Below are positions 13,101-25,475 of a stretch of 63,943 nucleotides of DNA, piece by piece (within the stretch, counting starts at the first letter, position 1; each line of letters opens with the position of its first letter). A program made the translations under genes and the position numbers. The notes beneath the pieces were generated by a model. It ran no database searches and was not told the DNA's origin. It saw nothing but the letters and a program-made list of their open reading frames with translations. This DNA is from Spizellomyces punctatus DAOM BR117. Its lineage: Eukaryota. Location: the NCBI GenBank assembly GCA_000182565.2, contig KQ257469.1. One strand, 5' to 3'.

Positions 13101-14664
13101 CCTGCGACTCGAGAATTGCATACCACAGCTTCTGCGCTTTCACTGTCCTCCTTGCACGCCCCTCAGCTTCGTAGCGTTCGTACAATTCCTGATGACATGG
13201 AACGTGAATGACTGCAACGAGATGTGAACGCAGAACGGATAGTTCCCCACCACAAACTTTGCACCCCAAACGTCTTCGAGGCCGGGAGCTTCTGAAGGGC
13301 AGAACAGACTCCAGTCGCCGTTCTTTTCCACCCGCTCCATGAATAGATCTGGGACCTACACGCCTAACATGAGACGGAAATCCTAACCGAATAGAGATGG
13401 GAAACTCACCCAAAGAGCGTAAAACAATTCACGTGCTCGAGTTTCCTCTTTGCCGGTGTTTTTCTTGAGTTCAAGGAACTTCGCCAATTTTAGCATAACT
13501 TTTGGAGTAGAAAATATTATTATAATTTACCTCGAAGACATCCGCATGCCATGGCTCCAAGTAAATGGCAAAGGCACCAGGGCGCTTGTTACCGCCTTGG
13601 TCGACATAGCGAGCGGTGTTGTTGTACACCCTGAGCATAGGGACGATCCCGTTTGACTGGCCGTTCGTGCCCGCAATGTAAGATCCAAGTGCGCGGATTT
13701 TATGAATGTTGAGGCCGATACCACCGGCCGTCTTGGAAATCATCGCACACGTCTTCAGGGTATCGTATATACCCTCAATAGAATCATCCTTCATGGTCAG
13801 AAGGAAACAGCTCGAGAGCTGCGGCCGGGGTGTGCCTGCGTTGAAGAGTGTCGGGGATGCATGTGTGAAATACTTCTCCGACAATAACTCATAGGTTTCA
13901 ATTGCTGCCTCCACATCTTCGCCGTGGATGCCAACTGCCACACGCATGAGCATGTGTTGCGGACGCTCTGCAACTTTGCCCGTGATTCGGAGGAGATACG
14001 ATCGTTCGAGCGTCTTAAAACCAAAGTAATTATAGTTGAAGTCTCGATCGTAAATAATGGCAGAGTTGAGGCGATCTGCGTTTTTCATGACTGCTTGATA
14101 CGTCTCTTCAGAAACCATGGGAGCAGGCTTTTGGTTTTTAGGATTGACGTAGTTATAAAGATCTTCAATGACTTGTGAGAATTGTTTCTTTGTCTCCTTG
14201 TGAAGATTCGATACGGCTATTCGGGCAGCAAGAATAGCATAGTCTGGATGTTTGGTCTATTATCCTAAGACAATCAGTAAAAGCTGTCAAGGTGCGCAGG
14301 ATCGGATGCAATCCTACCGTTAAATACGCAGCGGTCTCTGCAGCCAGATTGTCCAGCTCAACCGTAGTAACTCCCTGGTAAACCCCCGTGATGACCTGGA
14401 AAAAGTGGCAGATTGTCAGCAATTGGCTCAGACCGAAAATGACAAGCAGCAGGCGGATACCTTCTGCGCAACTTCGGCGGGATCCACAAAATTCATATCC
14501 AAACCATAACAGAGCTTCATAATACGTGAAGTTATCTTGTCAAAAGCAACCCGCTCGCGGCGGCCATCTGATGTGGAGAACCGTGTTAGGAATTGGTGCG
14601 TTAAAGTTCGGCTTTAGCATAGCAAAGTTTATCGTCATTGTCTACCTCTTTTGAAGACGAACAT
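10160..14664 (-). CDS. RNR1: Ribonucleoside-diphosphate reductase large subunit (class Ia), spliced, containing an in-frame intein
   Basis: ATP cone [30 protein letters not shown]; catalytic [35 protein letters not shown]-terminal [14 protein letters not shown] stop. Confidence 0.97.
10807..12366 (-). mobile_element. Intein (520 aa) with LAGLIDADG homing endonuclease domain in RNR1
   Basis: Block [14 protein letters not shown], block [11 protein letters not shown], block C-like IVGLVRANG, block [12 protein letters not shown], block [17 protein letters not shown], block G VVHN followed by Cys+1; removal restores [14 protein letters not shown]. Confidence 0.96.
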
Positions 14665-15439
14665 GAAGTGGTCGTCGTAAATGGGTGAGGTGGGAGGTGG
14701 TGTCGGAGGTCTTCCTTGGCGAATAGAAGACTGGAAAACAAGAGAGAAAAACTAGTCAGGCGTTCTGGGAGCCAAGGAAGCGTGCAGGAACAAGTATAAT
14801 AAAAAGAATGATAACAAGAAAGGACTACAGATTCCTTTCAGCCGAGATGATAGACAGAAGAAAGCAGAGGGAGGGAAATGGGGCACCGCTTTATAGTCGG
14901 ACTTGAGCGATATCCAACCTTTCGGACACGCGGAGTCCGAGTCCGACGAGATATCGGACAAAAAAGTCAAAAAAGGAGGTATACCTACCGCCGACCGTTG
15001 TACCAGCGATGGCTGTCTCTCATTCTGATTTATTTCTTGCTCGTTTTCTGAAGGACCATTCAAAACATTTGTTGATTCTATGCTTGCGACCCTGTGACGC
15101 TTTGTGCGGAATGCGATAGCTACAGGTGAAGGGATCCTTTTGGCCATTCGCCTACTGTGCTGTGTCTGCCAGAAAGAGGGATCTAAGCGGCCTATCTAGT
15201 ACCAGAAGGGTCGTCGGAGGGTGGTCTCATTGACATGGCCTTTGAGGCAACGATAGACAATGCCCGTCGCCCCTGCAAGTTTGAGCTGTCTTTCATTGCG
15301 CCTATGACTGTGCCACGCTATGACGGTGACTCAACCGCAATCTGCACACTATACCATGTACTGTGATGCCTCTGAAATTTGAAGGGCAATACGCCAATGC
15401 GGCGGTGAGGAAACCAACTTGCACGCTGCTGTCAAAGCA

Positions 15440-15449
15440 TTGGCGGGAA
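15440..15449. promoter_or_regulatory. Candidate E2F-type site TTGGCGGGAA in the divergent RNR1/DDB1 intergenic region
   Basis: Matches the E2F consensus (TTCCCGCCAA on the minus strand); lies between two S-phase/DNA-repair genes; motif match only. Confidence 0.35.
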
Positions 15450-15632
15450 GGCCGTCTGCTGCATACCGTCCAGAGCTGCGCTGCAGATGGCAAGGTGCAA
15501 AGTCCAACTGGTGCTTCTTGCTTACACACTCTTGCCTGATATGGCTTAATGACCTTTGATGAGTCACCAAGACGTCGAGGGTTCTTTGACCTTGCGCAAG
15601 GCACCATCATCTGCAGGGCACATTAGCTAGCC

Positions 15633-18600
15633 ATGTCCAAGTTTTACGTTGTCAGTGCTCGGAAGCCAGACTCTGTATCACATGCTATAAAGGCCAGTTT
15701 CACTGGACCCGACGACATCAACCTCATTGTCGGGTCAGTACTTGTTAATATCGCTCGTCAACAAGAAGCTGCCTAACCTTAAGTCTAAAATACCACAGCA
15801 AAGCGACCCACTTTGAAGTCTACGTATTGGTGGACGATGACAATGATCCAAATGAGAAAACTTTGCGCTTGTTGCTTGATGTACCAGTTTATGGGCGTAT
15901 CTCAACTTTGCAAACGTACAGACCACAGGTAATTCCAGCGAATAGCAGCACCTATCGGCACACGTCCGAGTTTACCATCCTATCCATTAGGATCGCAATA
16001 CAGATTTTCTTTTCATATCAACGGAGCGTTACAAGTTTTTCGTCCTATCTTTCAATGCCACTACACACCAGCTTGTAACCGAAGCGAACGGAGATATAGC
16101 GGATAGGACCGGCAGGCCGATCGACATCGGACACATTGGAGTCCACGACCCGGATGGTCGTATGATAGGCTTACATCTTTACCAAGGTTTATTCAAAGTG
16201 ATTCCACTTAACAGCGCTGGTGGGCGAAGAGGGTCGGGACATTCAAAGAAACACGCGCGAGAACGAAACGTCGAACTCAGTGCCATCAATCTCAGGTCAA
16301 ACTTCAAGGGGCGATCAAGAAGCCACCAACGCACTCACTAACAATAATACTTGCATTATTAGATTGGAGGAACTTGCGATTATTTCCCTGGAATTCATGC
16401 AATCGCCACCTGGAGCCGAAAACAAACCAATGTTGGCTGTTTTGCACCAGGATACAAAGGGATATCGGCACCTAAAAACCTACGTGGTCGATGTCGCTGC
16501 TCGCGATCTGAAGGAGTACTCAGATTTGCCGCAAGCAAATCTGGAAGCGGCGGCCAATCTGATCATACCTATACCCCGGGCAATGGGTTTGTGCCTAAGT
16601 GCTGACACTTCAGTCCAAATACGCGCAACTGATTGACAATGGCATGCCTTCAGGTGGTGGGGTGATTGTCGTAGGAGAGCAGACAATTGCGTGTATCACC
16701 CAAAATGGCGTGATTACGATACCAATCCAGCCGACAGTCATGAAATGGTAAAGGCAAAAAAGTCGATTTCGAGGACCTGTATGTCCGATATGACGGTTTC
16801 TGCCCTCAGTTGGAACATGATAGACCCTGAAGGCACACGATACTTGCTTGGCGACTATCTTGGTAATCTGTACGCGTTGGTGCTATTTGGTCAAAACGGG
16901 GTCATAAAAGAAATGTCGTTGGAAACACTTGGAAAAGTAGGATTCCTGGTATCACTCCTTAACCTGGGCTAGAGAATTCATAAAACCCCTTCACTCATCA
17001 CAGATATCTCAACCTTCCTCGATCGTATATCTCGACAGTGGCTATGTATATATCGGGTCCCAGTTCGGCGACTCACAGCTCATCCTCCTGTCGTCCGAAC
17101 GAAACGAGCGCAGAGAGTATCTGACTGTGCAGACGGAGTTTGAAAACTTATCACCCATCACTGATTTTTGCGTTGTTGATATTGAAAAGCAAGGGCAAGT
17201 GAGTGATGGTGTGTGAGTGGTGAAGTGCCACTGCTATTGACTGAAGCTTTCCATAACGTCTCAGGGCCAGATGGTGGCTTGCTGCGGTGGCTATAAAGAC
17301 GGATCTCTACGTGTTATAAGAAATGGGATTGGAATTGAAGTCCTCGGCACTTTAAATGATGTGCCGGAACTTACTGGAATATGGGCACTCCGTCCAACAT
17401 TTGACACAGAGTATGTCTTCATGGAAGCAACACAAGTAAACTTGGTTTTGACAACTATCGACATCGTATTATTTGGGCGACTTGCAGCCTTGATGACACT
17501 CTAGTCATGTCATTTATATCTGAGACGCGATTGCAAAAACGAGACGAAGAAGGAGATCTCTGTCCAGTTGAAGAAGTCGACGCGGGAGGGTTTCGAATGC
17601 AAGAGACTACCCTTGCATGTGCAAATATGTTGGGAGATGGGATTGTCCAGGTACTAATGGTTTGGTCAAAATTGCGACTATTGCATCCATCTAATTTGGT
17701 ACAGGTCACTCCCAACGCAGTCATTCTCCTTGACGCAAGAAGCCGCGCCGAAGTTGCCATATGAGACCATTTGATGGAAGTCGGATCAATCATGCTTCTT
17801 CTAAATCCCAGACAAATCCTTGTGGCTTTGAGCGAGGGTCGACTGGGCTACATAGAGCTTCGGGNNNNNNNNNNNNNNNNNNNNNNNNNNNNNNNNNNNN
17901 NNNNNNNNNNNNNNNNNNNNNNNNNNNNNNNNNNNNNNNNNNNNNNNNNNNNNNNNNNNNNNNNNNNNNNNNNNNNNNNNNNNNNNNNNNNNNNNNNNNN
18001 NNNNNNNNNNNNNNNNNNNNNNNNNNCAGGGTGCTTGAACTTTCAACGTTGAAGGAGCGAGATAAAGTGCTACTTGGAACAGGTGAGCTGTGATACTAAG
18101 CAGTTTGATAATGGCTAATGTTTGATCTTCTCGATTTCAGAAACGATTCCACGTTCTGTGCTGTTGGTGACCATGCAGGATGTCAGTACGCACTAGCTGC
18201 ACTTGGTGAGGCAACCATCAAATCATGCACCGTCACCTGCAATAAGCTCGCTGAAATGTGATGTGTAGGCGACGGTCAGCTCTTCACATTTATTGTCGAT
18301 CCGGAAACAGGTTGTTTGAGGGATCGCAAGAAAATCTCACTCGGCAGTCAGCCTATTACTTTAAGCCAATTCCAATCCAAAGGACAGAGGCACGTGTTTG
18401 CCGCGTCTGACAGGCCTACGGTGATCCACACCAGCAACGGGAAACTGATATATTCGAATGTGAACCTAAAAGTATGCGAGCACCGTCTCCCAAATATGTG
18501 CGGCTAACATGCTAACGGGATACTACATGTAGGAAGTTACTCATATGTGCCCATTCAACTATGAGGATGAGGCTCTTGCTTTAGTTACTGAGGGATCTTT

Positions 18601-20142
18601 GAAAGTTGGGACAGTGGAAGCTATTGAGAAGCTTCACATCAAGAAGATACCTCTTGGGGAGACGGCGCGTCGTATTACGCATCAAGAAAAAAGTGGGACG
18701 TTTGGTGTTCTCACCTTACGAATAGTCCAGAATGAGGAAACAGGGGATGAGGAAGAAACAGGATATTTGAAGCTTTTGGATGACCAGTCTTTTGAAGGTA
18801 CGAGTATTGGATGGTTCCGACTAATACTATTAATTTTTGTCTTCTGAAATGTGCTTGCCAGTGTTGGACCAATTTGCCATGGACACGTTCGAGAATGTCC
18901 AGTCGATTGTATCCACGGAGTTCACTGGCGACCAGAAAACGTACTACTGTGTGGGAACCGCGTATGTACTTCCGCAGGAGGACGAGCCGTCTAAAGGAAG
19001 GATCTTGGTTTTTGACGTGACGGAAGAAAGACGACTCAGACTAGTTCATGAGCAAGAAACTCGTGGTTGCGTTTACTGCATGGCGTCTCTAGGAGGAAAG
19101 TTACTGGCGGGTATAAATAGTAAGGTCAGCATCCCTTCCTGTGCATCACTGGAGTTTAGAGTGATCGCAAACGCTTTACACATTCAATCCCCCATCAGGC
19201 TCAATTGTTCAAATGGGAGGTAGCTGATGACGGTATAACCATGTCCTTAGTGGAACGAGCCACACATCACGGACACATTCTTGTATTGACGATCGCCGTG
19301 CGAGGGGACTTTGTGCTTATCGGTGATCTAATGAAATCGGTATCCGTCCTCTCCTACAATGCAGGGGATGACTCTTTGGAGCTGATAGCCCGGGACCCGG
19401 ACGCGAATTGGATGACGGCGGTCGAAGCGCTGGACGATGATGTGTATATAGGAGCAGAGGATCATAGTAACCTATTTGCCCTCAGAAGACGAAGTGAGGC
19501 GCAGGTGGAGGAGGATCGGCGACGATTAGAAAGTTTTGGCTGGTTTCATTTGGGAGAACAAGTAAACCGGCTGAGGCATGGTAAGATGGAATTCAGCGTC
19601 AAACGGACACCCGGACACCCGCTTATTCATTTACTGTTGCTTGTGAACACAGGCTCGCTGGTTATGAGCTTGCCTGATAATGAAGCTGTTGCTACCCCTG
19701 TACTTTTATATTGCACGGTGAATGGAGGTATCGGCGTCGTGGCGACCTTGGACGACAGCACTTTCCGCCTGTTATTGGATGTACAAGACAATTTGCGCCG
19801 AATTGTGAAAGGAGTTGGGGGCCTGGCCTATACAGAGTGGGTATCGGAAGTTCGGGGACAGTCTGCATCAAGCTTTACAATTTCTCATGAAACAACATAC
19901 GGAACTTTATTTATAGGTGGCGGCGGTTTGAAAACCGACGGCGAACTATGAACGCCGAAAGCTTTTTGGATGGTGACTTGATCGAATCATATCTTGATTT
20001 GACGAGAGAGCAGCAGCAAGCAGTGGTGGATGGAATGCGACTGCCGAGAGACGGTCATCGCGACGGTCATGGAATGAAGAAGCTAGACATCAAGGTCGAG
20101 GAACTGACTCGTATGGTCGAAGAACTGACCCGTATACATTAA
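15633..20142 (+). CDS. DDB1: DNA damage-binding protein 1 (CUL4 adaptor), spliced, spans an assembly gap
   Basis: [99 protein letters not shown] stop. Confidence 0.93.
17864..18026. other. Assembly gap (N run) inside DDB1
   Basis: Run of n characters. Confidence 0.99.
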
Positions 20143-20621
20143 AACAGTTCTTATCAATTTGGTTTTATGCACAACTCGGGATTCCAGTTGGGAGCGTGGG
20201 TTACGTGATGTGGAGATTCTTGTGCCATGTTCAGGATGGTAGCGCGGCTGCCGATGGGGAGCCGAGACCAGTGACAGAAAGCATCGTTGCGAAAATGATG
20301 GGACAAGCTACTCACCCACATAATATTTCTTCGACCACTTTTGAGCTCGCACATGTCTTCCAGCCTACCCTGTTTTGTTTATATGCAACGTTTGATTCGG
20401 CTTTATTCCTCACATTCCTGAGGCTTCAAGGATGGGACCAACAACCTCCAGTTCTGGTCTGAGAAGTACAGTTCTAATGACTGTCCCAAGTACGGTGGGC
20501 AAACTTGTGGGACATCTGAAAACTAATTTATTGCAACATCATATATACAGATTCAAATACATTGAATGGCAAACTTGCTTTGGATTATACTACTATAAAC
20601 ACTTGTACACCTCGTGATCCA

Positions 20622-21038
20622 CTATTTCCTTTCACCCCCAGAATATGCAGGTTCGGGCATTCCAAAAGAAGGAACTTCGCCCTTCTGGTCTCTTGAGGTT
20701 GCTCCCTGCGCCGGTGGTGGACCCTGAGGAGGGTAAACGTAGTAATTCGGAGGCGGCATGGCGGTTTGACCGTAGGTAAGAACGGAGCCTGGGGGTAAAC
20801 CCATTGCAGCCAGCTGTTGATCGTACGCCCGTCGTTGCTTCTGGCGTCTCCAAAAGATTACGAAAAATGCGATAATAGATAGAACGAACACCGCCAAGAG
20901 AATCGAGCGGACAATAATGTTGAAGGTTCGCTGCTGGTCCGTTACGTTGGGGCGTAAGACGACGACTTGTTCGCCCTGTGCCAGCACTACCCCGCTAAGG
21001 AGGGGGAGTATCTGCAACTGGAGCGAGATGCGATTCAT
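20622..21038 (-). CDS. Small single-pass membrane protein with signal peptide and Pro/Tyr-rich cytoplasmic tail
   Basis: Intronless 138-aa ORF: hydrophobic N-terminus ending VLA-Q, TM IIVRSILLAVFVLSIIAFFVIFW, basic RRQKQRR, PPPNY motif. Confidence 0.7.
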   Translation of the reverse strand: MNRISLQLQILPLLSGVVLAQGEQVVVLRPNVTDQQRTFNIIVRSILLAVFVLSIIAFFVIFWRRQKQRRAYDQQLAAMGLPPGSVLTYGQTAMPPPNYYVYPPQGPPPAQGATSRDQKGEVPSFGMPEPAYSGGERK

Positions 21039-21400
21039 TTTCTCGTTTCGTTGAGGTCTTTGAAGAGGATGTGTTGTTGGATGGTCGACAGCAGATGGTG
21101 CGGAGGTGGCAGCTTAAAAGTGTACAGAGATCTCACCGCCACCTCGTCTGGCTGCCACTCTCAAAAATTCCAATTGCCCCTCCGCCTTGTTGTCTCAAGA
21201 AGGTCCATTTGCTTGAAACAAGTCAAATTAAATTACATAACGGCCGATCAAGCATTGGTAAGCATTATATCCGGATATAAGTATGAAATCATTATGGTTT
21301 GAAATGGTTGAAATTCACTGATATGTGTCATGGCTATGAACTGGTGTTGCTTCCAATTTCGTCTTTGATTACAGAAAGGACACAGTATCTTCGTTGTCCC

Positions 21401-22907
21401 TTACTCCACAACAGGTCTTAATGAGTTGTAATGCTCTCCGAGTCCATAAGCATGTCTATGATACCTAAAACAGACAATCCATCATGTTAAAGGGCGAAAC
21501 TGCCTGGCACCCACTCCGAAAGCATGATTACTTACGATAACATTAACGGCTCTCCAGGAAAATCTTCTCCTATTTTTATCAAAGGAGATCCCATTTGAAT
21601 TATCTGCAGATGGCGTCGGAGGCCTCGAGATAGTGCTTGTAACTTGGTGATGAAAGGATTAGACGGGCCATTCAACTGTGTCATTGTCAATTCCTGCATA
21701 CCTCCAGCTGGCCTCCCCAAACTGCCGTATTTTCTACTTCGTCACAGTATTTGTCATATTCTTCTGCTCATCCGGGTCAGTGTCCGCGGTAGTACAAGTT
21801 GTCATTAATATGAAAAGCATACCTGGAGTATATGGGTTTCCATCCTGGTTTACAAGAAAAGGCACAAAATCCTCAGGATGTTCTCTGAGATAGTTCGCTG
21901 CAATGCTTCGTAGGTCTTTATACGACTGCATGCAAGATAATTCTTGTAAGCTTCAATTTTGAATATGAGGAGTGCATTCAGACGAGGTTACCATTGGTTC
22001 GCCTTTTCCACGGAAAGATATCTGATCTGCAATGGCGTTGTACATGCTGGGACATAATCACGATAAGCCAGAAAGCTCATTGAGCCAATGTCTTAATAGA
22101 CATACCAGTGGCCATCTGGAGTGATCTGAGACGGCATTACTTTTCACCTTAGAAATATCTTACGAATGGACAGCCGCAGGAATACTTGCCTGCTTTACTG
22201 AGAGACCTAGCGGCAAAATAAGGCTCGCAATGGCCTCATCCTCGATCTCTTTGTGATTTACCATATCTGCAGCCTCATCCGCTGCCTGACGCCGCATTTC
22301 TTCAAACTCTGCTGCTTTCCGTTGCTACAACGATGACATCATGAGGGAACTGTAATGTTAGGTTTTCCTCATACTATGTGCGGCCAGCGCACCTTGCGTA
22401 ATTTGGCTTTATTTGGCTTCCGGGCCTTGTCTTGAACGGCACTTGACGATTCACTGGCCATCGATGAACCATCCGGAGAGTTTATTGCTTCTACAACTCC
22501 CACATTCTGCCAAAATACTATTTGAATTCGAATGTCTCAAACGAATGCGTATCCCGACCAATGCTCACATTTTGTGTTTGGTCTTCGTCTGGCCCTGTAA
22601 CTTTGCTTTTGGCATCGGCTCGTTCCCGCTCGTGCCTTTCACTTAAATCTTTCTCCAGCTGAGCTATCTGCGCCTGGATCTCCTTTTTCTGTAGTTTATT
22701 AAAAAGCACAAATGTCATAATGAGATTAGCACCGGAGGAAGTAGCTCATTGCGTGGTTGAAGATGTGACCTTTTGTTTATTTCCTCCAACAGTCTTTTTA
22801 AGGGCGGTGATTCTACCAGTGAGTTCCTTGGCCTCACGGCGCTGGCGAGAAAGAACGTCTTCCAAAGATTCATTACGTGCCACTGGTGATGGGTCTGTGG
22901 TAGACAT
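21401..22907 (-). CDS. OTU-domain deubiquitinase (OTUD6B/Otu2-like), spliced
   Basis: LSRQRREAKEL N-terminus, ITPDGHC (intron) MYNAIADQ, LRSIAANYLREHPEDFVPF, WGGQLE, YHRHAYGLGEHYNSL. Confidence 0.9.
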
Positions 22908-23141
22908 GGCTGTTTTGAACTATGCTCTGCACACACGGCGATCAAAACAGCTACATCACGTGTGGACCCACTGTGACGCTGGCGCGCAATTTGCCCAGTT
23001 GCGACGCAGAACAAGTTGTTCAAAAGTTGTGGCGTTCTGTTGTGGAGGGTTCGTACGATCACCCCCACAATCTATTCATCCGCCTCACAGCATAAAAGGA
23101 GCTTCATTGGGCCCTTGTACTGTCCTAAACTTAGGAAATAA

Positions 23142-25070
23142 ATGGCATTCACGACACGACTCTTTAGGCCGGCTTTGGCTACAGGTGAGTGCGCGCTATA
23201 TGTCCTAAACGCAGCCAGTTAGGACATTGTGCTGAAATGAGAGATATTTGTAGGCTGCAAAACAACCTCTCGCGCTTTCGCCACAGGCACAAGTAAACCG
23301 AGTATGTCTGCCCAACTGTGGGTGTAGAGATAGCAGAGCACAGGTTTAACAAGTCGCTGGTTATAGAGTTCGACTGGACCGATGCGTTCGACTTGAACTC
23401 CCAGTTAACGGAGGAGGAACGTCTCGTAAGGTGTGTTAATTTTGGCACCCTCCTAAGGATTCCATAGCTTTGCATCGGAACGCCGAATTTATGATCTTCT
23501 AGGGACTCGGCACGAGACTACTCGCAAACGAAACTCCTTCCCAGAGTCATCGAAGCGACAAGGAACGAAAGTACGACCGTGACCTCTTGTTTTGCCCCTT
23601 TCGTCCCTTCAGCTGAGGACAATCATTTTCCATCTTCTGGCAGAATTCGACCGCAACATCATGTACGAGCTGGGAGAGCTTGGAATGCTGGGGTCAACGA
23701 TTAATGGATACGGATGTGCAGGAGTTTCCTCTGTCGCCTATGGCCTGATTGCTCGGGAGGTTGAAAGGTTAGCCAACTTCTGCTCCCGGCCTCTACAGCT
23801 GGTGCGCTTATTGGTTTACTTTTTGTCCAAGAGTTGACTCGGGGTACCGTTCAGCAATGAGTGTACAATCATCTCTTGTAATGCATCCCATACATGCGTA
23901 CGGAACAGAAGCGCAACGCGAAAGATACTTGCCGAAGCTCGGTGAGTTTACGAAGGGGTCGCTCAGGAGCCCAGCTCATTACTGATGCTTAAAATGATTA
24001 GCCACCGGCGAACTTGTTGGGTGCTTTGGGCTGACTGAACCAAACCACGGTTCTGATCCCGGGTCTATGGAGACAGTGGCAAAGAAAGTCGATGGCGGAT
24101 ATGTTTTGAATGGATCCAAGACATGGATCACTAACTCACCTATCGCCGACGTATTTGTTGTTTGGGCCAAATCAGCTGAAGATGGGCAGATTCGTGGTTT
24201 TATTCTGGAAAAGGTAATCAACGACTCGCCATTGGTTGTCTGAAAGGTCCAAGACTAAAGCCCGCGTAACTAAACGTCACAAGGGAATGAAAGGCCTGTC
24301 GGCTCCAGCCATTAAAGGCAAGTTTTCCCTACGTGCGTCCATCACCGGCATGATTATGATGGACGACGTGGAAGTTCCGGACGGCAACTTGTTGCCCAAT
24401 GTCGCCGGACTTAAGGTATCGTATTCATATGCCCTTTGTCTGTCTCGCATGGAATTCTATTCAACGCATGGAGCAGGGACCTTTTGGCTGCCTGAACAAT
24501 GCCCGATATGGAATCTCTTGGGGTGCACTTGGAGCAGCAGAAGCATGCGTCAAGCAAGCTGTCGATTATACTTCGGAACGGTACGCAGTGACCCCTCTCA
24601 ATCTTCTCTGGATATGCCAATAACTAAAATTTTGCTTCTTGTAGGAAACAGTTTGGAACTCCTCTATCGTCTTTCCAGTTGATCCAAAAGAAGCTTGCAG
24701 ACGCCCTGACAGAAATTAGTATCGGCCTACAGGCTTGTTTGCGAGTTGGGCGGTTGAAGGATGAGGGCAAGCTGGCCCCTGAGATGGTTAGCATCGTCAA
24801 GCGGAATAGTTGTGGCAAGGCGTTAGATATTGCAAGAACTTGTAGAGACATGCTAGGAGGTACTGGTATGCGGTGGTTTGAACAGCATGTGCGCGAAATT
24901 AACTGTTTGTTTTGATAGGCAACGGGATTTCTGACGAGTATCACATTATCCGTCATGTGATGAATCTAGAGGCCGTCAACACTTATGAGGGTACCCATGA
25001 CGTTCACGCTTTGATTCTTGGTAGGGCGATAACAGGTATACCCGCCTTTTACACATCGAAGCGCGACTAG
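23142..25070 (+). CDS. GCDH: Glutaryl-CoA dehydrogenase, mitochondrial, spliced
   Basis: [87 protein letters not shown]. Confidence 0.95.
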
Positions 25071-25475
25071 GATTAGAAATAGTAGACGTACTAGAGTTTG
25101 CATGACTTGGAGCGTTTAGTATGAAGAGTAGGATAAGAAATGTTGGCACTAGTTCTCCAGCTCACGGCAACGTGCACAATACAATCACATCCGACCCACA
25201 GGTTACCTCGCCAGCATCCTCTCGTCATTACCCTCAAAACTACATTATTGTCCTACCGCTCCAGTCTTCCATGTTAATCAGGACAGCGTAACGGCCTTAT
25301 TCGAGGCTGGCCGATATGACTGTGAAGGAACGAAGACATGGCGAACCGTTTGCACTTGAATTGAATGAATGCATTGAAACCACACTTGGATAATTGGTTA
25401 CATCGCTTCAGGTCGTAGCTTGCAGGCTTCGTGCGAACTATTGAAAATGTAGCATCCCGTTTCTTATCCCAAAGC

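Noticed and set aside
12811-13413. N-terminal part and internal insert of the 950-aa ORF as novel RNR domains
   Set aside because: The odd segments are read-through of introns and an out-of-frame exon; the true start is at 14664
14752-15610. ORFs in the RNR1-DDB1 intergenic region
   Set aside because: No recognisable motifs; consistent with promoter and UTR sequence
17755-18200. Apparent stop and frameshifts in DDB1 (ATA TGA near 17762, extra A near 17804, missing base near 18184)
   Set aside because: Single-base indels cluster around the N gap and the rest of the gene is intact; most likely low-quality contig ends rather than a pseudogene
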